Shown piece after piece: positions 21,011 through 26,392 of a stretch of DNA of 26,392 nt. The stretch is from positions 1-26,392 of IMG/VR virus record IMGVR_UViG_3300045988_023824. One strand, given 5' to 3'. The stretch is from a virus. Below the pieces are notes generated by a model that did no database searches, was not told where the DNA came from, and saw only the letters and a list, made by a program, of their open reading frames with translations. Both the position numbers and the translations under genes were made by a program. Within the stretch, counting starts at the first letter, position 1, and every line of letters begins with the position of its first letter.

Positions 21011-21436
21011 ATGACCTACTATGAGATAATTAGCAATTTAAAAGCTTGTGCATTAGAAGAGCCAAACATCAATTTTGTAGGAAGTAAAGACATTTATGAG
21101 TTAAATAGCTTACCAACTATTGAGTATAATGTGTTCTATATAACACCTAATACTTTTAGTGTAGATGAAGATACTATTACTTACTCTTTAAACCTATACT
21201 TCGTATCAAGATGGGATGAGACTGATAACAACCAATTGGAGGAACAGTCAGCAGGTATGCTTGCACTGCAAAATATAATTAATCGTTTTAATAACCTATA
21301 TCCAGAAGTTGAAATAGCTTATCCTTTAATTTATACTCCATTCTATCAAAAGTTCAAAGATATTACCTGTGGAGTGTTTGTTAGAGCTGATTTCCAAGTT
21401 GACAACACATTAGGCTTATGTCAAGACAGTATGTAG
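21011..21436 (+). CDS. Hypothetical neck/head-completion protein, 141 aa
   Basis: Intact ORF ending in TAG. The functional guess rests on position only. Confidence 0.3.
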   Translation: MTYYEIISNLKACALEEPNINFVGSKDIYELNSLPTIEYNVFYITPNTFSVDEDTITYSLNLYFVSRWDETDNNQLEEQSAGMLALQNIINRFNNLYPEVEIAYPLIYTPFYQKFKDITCGVFVRADFQVDNTLGLCQDSM

Positions 21437-22002
21437 TTTATATTCATACTTTTCCAAATGGTAAAAGATATGTTGGATTAACCACTCAGTCAGTAAATAG
21501 TAGATGAAGAGGTGGAGAAGGATATAAAGATCAATTTGTTTACAGACCAATTAAAAAGTACGGTTGAAACAATATTAAACATACTATTTATTATGTAAAT
21601 AGTGAATCGGAAATGAAATATCTTGAAAAATACTTCTTTAGCTATTATAATACTACAGATTTAAGATTTGGTTATAATAGAACTGACACAAGTAATCATC
21701 CTATAGTTTCTAATGAAACTAAAGTTATTATTTCTGAATTTGCTAAAACTAGAATAGGAAATAAAAATCCATTTTATGGGAAGCATCATTCAGAAGAAAC
21801 TAAGGAATTAATACGCAAGAAAAATCAAAACTATGGAACTAAAGCTATTAGTCAATACACTTTAGATGGAAGATTTATAAAATCTTATAAAAGTATAAGA
21901 TCAGCAGCAAGAGAGTTAAACATAACTTCTTCTTTAATATCTTCAGTTTTAAGTGGCAGACAAAAACAAACTAAAGGATATACCTTTAAGTATAATATGT
22001 AA
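21418..22002 (+). CDS. GIY-YIG homing endonuclease, 194 aa (2 in-frame TGA)
   Basis: ATG 21418 overlaps the upstream gene by 19 nt. MSRQYVVYIHTFPNGKRYVGLTTQSVNSRWRGGEGY...KKYGWNNIKH, with TGA at 21505 and 21565. Co-phased with track ORF 21613-22002, which carries NUMOD3-like GKHHSEETKELIRKKN and the tail TKGYTFKYNM. Confidence 0.85.
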
Positions 22003-22658
22003 TGGAAAATAAATTAAATTGGTTTGGTAAAGTATTAGAATGGGTTGATAAATATGGATTACTAAAGATATTTAAAGCAGGGATTGGATTAATATTTATA
22101 TCCTATGTAATGGTTATTACACTTAATCCCTCTATTGTTTATAATAAGGTTGTAACCTATATTGAACAAACTCACAATTCTAAAACTATTGCAAGAAATG
22201 AAGCAACTTTAAAGATTAAATATAAGCTTAAAGAATTGCTTCAAAGCACAAATGCTGATAGAGCTTGGGTTATTGAATATCATAATGGAACTACTGGATT
22301 AGGAGGACTTCCATTTACCTATGGAGTAATGAATGCAGAGGAAGTAAAACCAGGAATAAGACCTGTAAGTAGCCATTATAAAGACTTCCTCTTATCTGAC
22401 TATACTTCAATTATAGAGTTTTCTAAGAATGATGGATGGTTTGGTAATATAGATAGTTTAGAAGCAGATGATCCAAGATTATATTATGCATTTAAATCCA
22501 ACAGAGTGAATGAAATAGCAGTATTTTATTTAAAGACTGAGGATAAAGATATTGGCATTTTAGGTTTGTCATTCTGTGATACACCTATGCCTTATGATAC
22601 TTGAGTACATCTAAGAAGAGCTGGAATACAGATAAGTATAATTTTAAATAAAATATAA
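22002..22658 (+). CDS. 218-aa N-terminally membrane-anchored protein of unknown function, first gene of the lysis cassette (1 in-frame TGA)
   Basis: Start overlaps the previous stop (TAATG). TM segment GLLKIFKAGIGLIFISYVMVITL. TGA 22602 extends the protein by 18 codons to TAA 22656-22658, one nt before the holin-like ATG. Confidence 0.45.
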
Positions 22659-22659
22659 T

Positions 22660-22818
22660 ATGAAATATTGGTTAAAATATGTAATAGTAGTTGTACTATT
22701 AATGATTGCATTTTTGTTAATTAAAGTAATTCCTTTTTGGATTACTATTAGTTTAACGTTATTTGGAGCAGTGTGCTATTTTATTTACCTTTATAAACTG
22801 CATAATTCATATAAATAA
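22660..22818 (+). CDS. Holin-like small membrane protein, 52 aa, two predicted TM helices
   Basis: MKYWLKYVIVVVLLMIAFLLIKVIPFWITISLTLFGAVCYFIYLYKLHNSYK. Below the track's size cut-off. Its stop overlaps the endolysin start (TAATG). Confidence 0.6.
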   Translation: MKYWLKYVIVVVLLMIAFLLIKVIPFWITISLTLFGAVCYFIYLYKLHNSYK

Positions 22819-23270
22819 TGAAGTATTTCACACTCGAAGAATTAACAAGATCTGATACTGCTTCAATTAAGCATATAGATAACACTCCAGATGAGAGTAT
22901 AACAGAGCACCTGATAGAGTTGGTCGAGAAGCTTTTAGACCCAATAAGAGAGAGATGGGCAAAGTATTGTGATGACAATCAGCTTGGCAATGCAGGCATC
23001 AGGATTTCCTCTGGTTTTAGAAATAAGGAGCTTAATAAAGCAGTAGGAGGATCTTCAACTTCTGCTCATTTAACAGGGTATGCAGCAGATATATCTCCAA
23101 TTAATGGTAATATGAAAGTATTCCAAAGTTGGATTGCTGAAGCTATTGAAGAATTAAATTGAGACCAGTTGATATATGAAAAGCCTAAGAATGGTATAGC
23201 AAGTTGAATACACTTGGGATTAAAGAATAAAGACGGGATGCAAAGACGACAGAAATTTACTATTATATAA
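22818..23270 (+). CDS. Endolysin, zinc peptidase M15 (VanY / L-Ala-D-Glu peptidase type), 150 aa (2 in-frame TGA)
   Basis: FTLEELTRSDTA...IDNTP, then SSGFRNKELNKAVGGSSTSAHLTGYAADI (H-x6-D). TGA 23160 and 23205 are followed by WIHLG (third His). TAA 23268-23270. Confidence 0.85.
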
Positions 23271-23839
23271 TGTTTTACTATTGTTATAAAATAATTTTAA
23301 CTGCAGGTACATTAAGAGGCAAGTATTATATTGGGAAAAGGATTTATAGAGGTAAAGACATAAATAAAGATCCATATAAAGGATCAGGAAGGATTATTAC
23401 TAATTATTACAAAAGATTCCCTAATGCATACCAAAAGATTATTTTGGCAACTTGCACTAATGCAGATGAATTATCTAAATTAGAATACAAACTAATTGGA
23501 GATAAATGGGACACTGATCCTATGTGTTTAAATTTGAAACCTGGAGGAGAAGGAGGCAATTACGGAGTCAAATTTAATTCTGAATGAAAGAAGAAACTGT
23601 CTAATTCTAATAAGGGAAAGAAACATAATTGCCCAGAATCTTGAAGAGATAAAGTAGATGCTCATAACAAACAAAGATGTCGTAAAGTAGCTCAGTATGA
23701 TTTAGATGGTAATTTTATTCAAGAGTATGAAAGTTGCACAGAAGCAGCCAAATCTGTAGGAACTGATAGAGGAGCTATTAGTAGAGTATGTGGTGGATTA
23801 GCAAATACAGCTAAAGGATTCAAGTGAAGATATGTTTAA
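23270..23839 (+). CDS. GIY-YIG homing endonuclease, 189 aa (3 in-frame TGA), paralogue of 10640-11278
   Basis: YCYKI...YYIGK, YKGSGRIITNYY and CLNLKPGGEGG are shared with 10640-11278. TGA at 23585,23642,23825. C-terminal tail AKGFKWRYV. Start overlaps the endolysin stop (TAATG). Confidence 0.8.
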
Positions 23840-23847
23840 TAAAAAAG

Positions 23848-23874
23848 AAAAGGAGGGCAAATAACCCTCCTTTT
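23848..23874. terminator. Bidirectional intrinsic terminator between the convergent gene blocks
   Basis: 10-bp stem AAAAGGAGGG / CCCTCCTTTT with loop CAAATAA. The A-tract on one side and T-tract on the other give a U-run on either strand. Confidence 0.75.
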
Positions 23875-23877
23875 TGT

Positions 23878-24018
23878 TTATTCCATTATCTCAAATAATT
23901 TCTCATCTTTAGGTATTAATTCTCCAGTTTGTAAATCTACTAAGAATTTACTATTTTCGGGAATTACATAAACGTAATTTACTCCATTTAAGCATAATTT
24001 ATATGTAAAGTACTTCAT
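23878..24018 (-). CDS. Small hypothetical protein, 46 aa
   Basis: MKYFTYKLCLNGVNYVYVIPENSKFLVDLQTGELIPKDEKLFEIME. Its start lies 1 nt after the upstream stop; ends in TAA next to the terminator. Confidence 0.4.
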   Translation of the reverse strand: MKYFTYKLCLNGVNYVYVIPENSKFLVDLQTGELIPKDEKLFEIME

Positions 24019-24019
24019 A

Positions 24020-24154
24020 TTAGTCAATATATGTTGCGTTAGGAATCTCTGGTTTTTCTTCTACTTCTTCCCAAACTAAACCTCTATTCTGGTTTTCTAG
24101 TTGAACTATTCTATATTCTAGTTCTTCAAGCTTTTTAAATAAATAATCATCCAT
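24020..24154 (-). CDS. Small hypothetical coiled-coil protein, 44 aa
   Basis: MDDYLFKKLEELEYRIVQLENQNRGLVWEEVEEKPEIPNATYID. Tightly packed with both neighbours. Confidence 0.4.
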   Translation of the reverse strand: MDDYLFKKLEELEYRIVQLENQNRGLVWEEVEEKPEIPNATYID

Positions 24155-24156
24155 AA

Positions 24157-24318
24157 TTAATCAAATTTAGAAATAAACATATAATCTTTATCTTTTAATA
24201 CTTTATCTATAATATCACCAAATCTTTTAGTAGCCTCTTTACATTCGAGCATTCATTTATCCAATTCTTTAATATACTCTTCTGTTTGTTTAATTGTTTC
24301 TTTAATATCACTTTCCAT
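24157..24318 (-). CDS. Small hypothetical protein: 53 aa if TGA 24253-24255 is read as Trp, otherwise two mini-ORFs of 21 and 31 aa
   Basis: MESDIKETIKQTEEYIKELDK-TGA-MLECKEATKRFGDIIDKVLKDKDYMFISKFD. The TGA is followed directly by an ATG, so both readings are possible. Confidence 0.3.
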
Positions 24319-24337
24319 AATTAAAATATTTTAATAA

Positions 24338-24388
24338 ATGTCTATTTTTACTCAACTAATGTATATAGATAAAAATAAAAATAGACAT
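24338..24388. repeat. 12-bp perfect inverted repeat (ATGTCTATTTTT ... AAAAATAGACAT) with a 27-nt spacer
   Basis: Arms at 24338-24349 and 24377-24388, just downstream (minus sense) of the helicase TAG stop and upstream of the small-ORF cluster. Confidence 0.5.
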
Positions 24389-24389
24389 A

Positions 24390-26108
24390 CTAATTTTTAA
24401 AGACATACTTTTTACCTATAATAGTATATCCATAAGATCTGTTTCCATTCACTGATTTTTTAGTTACCTTAACTTCATAATATTTTGTAATATCAGTAGC
24501 TTTAGCATTAGTTTTATTAACTAAATCATAAGCTTTTTGTAGTATCTTTTTAATATCAGTATTAGAATACCACATACCTAAAGTTATATCTTTATTAAGT
24601 TTATTTGCTACTTTATTATCTACAGATTTATCTGAAGTTTTAATAAGTTCATCTTTTATTTTAGTAATACAGTATTTTAGAGTGGCCATTTTATTGAATC
24701 CAAGTTTAGTAATAGCATCCATTAACCAAGGGTATTTAATAAGAGCATCATCTAATTTTGGGGTGTTTACCTTATATAAGGTTTCATATTCCTCTCTTAC
24801 TTCTTTAATTATATCTTTAAATGCTTTTGTTTTAGTATTTAGATCTATTTTTATAGAATTATCATATTGTTCTACTACTTTATTAAATCCTTTATTAATA
24901 TATTCATTAGAAAGATTAGCTCTAGCAGAATACAGTCCTCTGGATACTTTAAAATTAAATAAATCGATCTTAGCCATATTAGGGTCAAATTCAAATACAT
25001 CATCCCAATTTAATTTAATGTATGCATCAGAAGTAAATTCTCTAAGTTTCTTTTTAGCTATCTCTGGAAGTTTATTGTATGCTTCTACAGCAATTTTAGT
25101 TTCTTCAATATTCTGGATATTAAGCTTTTTAAATTCTTCATAAGATATATCAGCATATCTTGTTGTAGAATAAATGTGAGTTATCCAATTAATATATTTA
25201 CTATTTCTAATTCTACCAGCAATCTGCTGTATAGAAGTTGATATATCAAGTAATGTATTAGCTTTACTTGGATCAGATATAATTATTATCCTTCCATTTT
25301 CATCATAAATATCAGAACCTTCAAATACAGTTGAAGTTAATAAGTTTATTTTCTTAGGTTCATCTAAGACTGTTGAATTAGGAATTGACAGTTTAGTTTT
25401 ATTGTTTTTGGAATATATAACTCTGGTATTATTAGATGTTAATTTGGCTTTCTTAATAAGGTTCTTTATAAAGTCTACTGAATTAACGAATATGTAGGCG
25501 TTACCTTCAACCTGTCCGTTTAAAAATCCATTTATAAGTTTAATAGTAGAAGCTTCTACATTATCGCATTTAACAGTTTGTACTTTTACATCTATAACAT
25601 CATCCCATTCCTGCTTTACTAATTCTAAATCTTTTAATTCATCTAATACAAACTCTTCCTCTAAAGGTGTTGCGGTCATAAATGTAAAATTACCAAATAA
25701 TTTATAATATTTAAGCACTGATTGAATAGCAGAGCTTCTAAAGCTATACTGATTAAAGAGAATATGATATTCATCAATTAAAATGCTAAACTCTTTAGGA
25801 TTAATTGCAGAAATAACTTTATAAAGAGAATCATATGTAACAATAATTTTAGGACATTTAACACTATCTACGTAATCTTTAATCTCTTTAATAGTAACTC
25901 CAGCATAAACTCCAAATATCTTCTCAGTACGTCTTTCATTTGGATATTGTTGAAGTTTATTTTCAACTAAGCTAGTAAATGGAACACAAATAACATAAGG
26001 CTTATTACATTCAATTGCCATTGAAGTTCCTCCACATCCAACTTTTCCTTTATCAAATAAACAGTTAGTTGGCAACTCATTAATCAAATTGTTTAAATAT
26101 GTTTTCAT
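24390..26108 (-). CDS. SF2 DExH-box helicase-like protein, 572 aa
   Basis: Intact standard-code ORF ending in TAG. Motif I-like GKVGCGGTS, motif II LIDEYH, motif III MTATP, motif VI QQIAGRIRN. Five TGG, no TGA. Confidence 0.7.
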   Translation of the reverse strand: MKTYLNNLINELPTNCLFDKGKVGCGGTSMAIECNKPYVICVPFTSLVENKLQQYPNERRTEKIFGVYAGVTIKEIKDYVDSVKCPKIIVTYDSLYKVISAINPKEFSILIDEYHILFNQYSFRSSAIQSVLKYYKLFGNFTFMTATPLEEEFVLDELKDLELVKQEWDDVIDVKVQTVKCDNVEASTIKLINGFLNGQVEGNAYIFVNSVDFIKNLIKKAKLTSNNTRVIYSKNNKTKLSIPNSTVLDEPKKINLLTSTVFEGSDIYDENGRIIIISDPSKANTLLDISTSIQQIAGRIRNSKYINWITHIYSTTRYADISYEEFKKLNIQNIEETKIAVEAYNKLPEIAKKKLREFTSDAYIKLNWDDVFEFDPNMAKIDLFNFKVSRGLYSARANLSNEYINKGFNKVVEQYDNSIKIDLNTKTKAFKDIIKEVREEYETLYKVNTPKLDDALIKYPWLMDAITKLGFNKMATLKYCITKIKDELIKTSDKSVDNKVANKLNKDITLGMWYSNTDIKKILQKAYDLVNKTNAKATDITKYYEVKVTKKSVNGNRSYGYTIIGKKYVFKN

Positions 26109-26152
26109 AATTTTAATAATTTAAATAGTTAAAGTTTTTGTCAATATTTTTA

Positions 26153-26188
26153 TTTTCTTACTACTAAAAGTGAGTAAAAAACTTGACA
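26153..26188 (+). promoter_or_regulatory. Conserved 36-nt intergenic element, copy 2 (TTTTCTTACTACTAAAAGTGAGTAAAAAACTTGACA)
   Basis: 32 of 36 identical to 18724-18759. Plus-oriented although the adjacent gene is on the minus strand. Followed 16 nt later by hairpin 26205-26223. Confidence 0.55.
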
Positions 26189-26204
26189 GTAAGATTCAAA
26201 AAGT

Positions 26205-26223
26205 GGCAGGACTTTCACCTGCC
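26205..26223 (-). terminator. GC-rich hairpin that reads as an intrinsic terminator or attenuator on the minus strand
   Basis: GGCAGG / CCTGCC stem with a 7-nt loop. On the minus strand it is followed by ACTTTTTGAATC; on the plus strand no U-run follows directly. Confidence 0.45.
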
Positions 26224-26251
26224 TAGAATTATTAGTTTTAGTTTCATACTG

Positions 26252-26283
26252 CAAATATAATACATAAAAATTAAATTTCCAAA
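26252..26283 (-). promoter_or_regulatory. Bacteroidota-type promoter P1 (minus strand): -33 TTTG, 20-nt spacer, -7 TATATTTG
   Basis: Plus strand shows CAAATATA at 26252-26259 and CAAA at 26280-26283. The reverse complement is TTTG-N20-TATATTTG, an exact match to TAnnTTTG. Confidence 0.6.
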
Positions 26284-26341
26284 TAATTTAGCAATTATTT
26301 TTAATAAATTTTCATTTTTATTATTTCTTATTTTGATAGTA

Positions 26342-26373
26342 CAAATATACAACATTATTTTTAAATTTCCAAA
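26342..26373 (-). promoter_or_regulatory. Bacteroidota-type promoter P2 (minus strand), a tandem copy exactly 90 bp upstream of P1
   Basis: CAAATATA at 26342-26349 and CAAA at 26370-26373, with the same 20-nt spacing. 26336-26379 matches 26246-26289 at 36 of 44 positions, with the mismatches concentrated in the spacer. Confidence 0.6.
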
Positions 26374-26392
26374 TAATTTTAAGAAAAAAAAA

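Noticed and set aside
1-23839. Reading the fragmented standard-code ORFs as a field of pseudogenes, or as many small genes
   Set aside because: Adjacent fragments are always in the same phase. They are separated only by TGA (never TAA/TAG), and conserved domains such as the HNH core, the M15 ligand triad and the GIY-YIG plus NUMOD tails continue across the TGAs.
1-23839. TGA decoded as Gly (code 25) or as selenocysteine, or as programmed read-through
   Set aside because: TGA aligns with positions that are Trp in well-known motifs (NLEW, RW after the GIY-YIG core, F/Y-K-W-R-Y tail, W-I-H) and with a TGG in an internal paralogue. Thirty-nine sites are far too many for Sec or occasional read-through, and I saw no SECIS-like structures.
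10640-23839. Homing endonucleases as intron- or intein-encoded
   Set aside because: The flanking genes are complete, with their own starts and stops that abut or overlap the endonuclease ORFs. I saw no group I intron-like structured flanks.
16867-25143. ORFs 16867-17058(-), 19969-20274(-), 22781-22978(-) and 24682-25143(+)
   Set aside because: Each lies entirely inside a longer, motif-supported gene on the opposite strand (fibre, portal, holin/endolysin, helicase).
26246-26379. Direct repeats as a CRISPR array or as replication-origin iterons
   Set aside because: There are only two copies. They are AT-rich and have no spacer-repeat regularity beyond one period. The conserved parts coincide exactly with the -33 and -7 promoter boxes while the spacer varies. 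An origin function cannot be fully excluded.
1-26392. T9 at the left end and A9 at the right end as terminal repeats or a circularisation junction
   Set aside because: Joining the ends does not create a start for the first, truncated ORF (an in-phase TAA lies at 26380-26382). Beyond the homopolymers the ends are not similar. They are most likely window or assembly boundaries.

Overview
AT-rich late (virion and lysis) region of a tailed bacteriophage. The plus strand (1-23839) carries, in order: tail/baseplate-like genes; a tape-measure-like or ejection protein; a head module (XkdF-like protease, scaffold, putative major capsid protein); a multi-gene fibre/receptor-binding cluster; portal and connector genes; and a holin plus M15-endolysin lysis cassette. 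Four free-standing homing endonuclease genes (3 GIY-YIG, 1 HNH) interrupt this block. The minus strand (23878-26108) carries three tiny ORFs and an SF2 DExH helicase-like gene. The two blocks converge on a bidirectional terminator. The minus block appears to be driven by two tandem Bacteroidota-type promoters (-33 TTTG / -7 TAnnTTTG) at the right edge. Main result: the supplied standard-code ORF track is fragmented because TGA is a sense codon here, best read as Trp. Thirty-nine in-frame TGAs fuse about 30 co-phased fragments into 14 intact genes, no gene ends in TGA, and TGA falls on conserved Trp positions. The recoding is not uniform. Tail, fibre, lysis-enzyme and homing-endonuclease genes use TGA for about half of their Trp codons, while head, portal, connector, holin and helicase genes use none. 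A conserved 36-nt intergenic element (core AGTGAGTAAAAAACTTGACA), followed by a hairpin, recurs at the boundaries of the plus-strand gene blocks and is unexplained. I saw no tRNA, rRNA, CRISPR array, integrase or transposase. The absence of Shine-Dalgarno sequences, the BACON-like Ig domains and the promoter type point to a Bacteroidota host that uses the standard code. All family assignments come from motif recognition by eye, not from searches.
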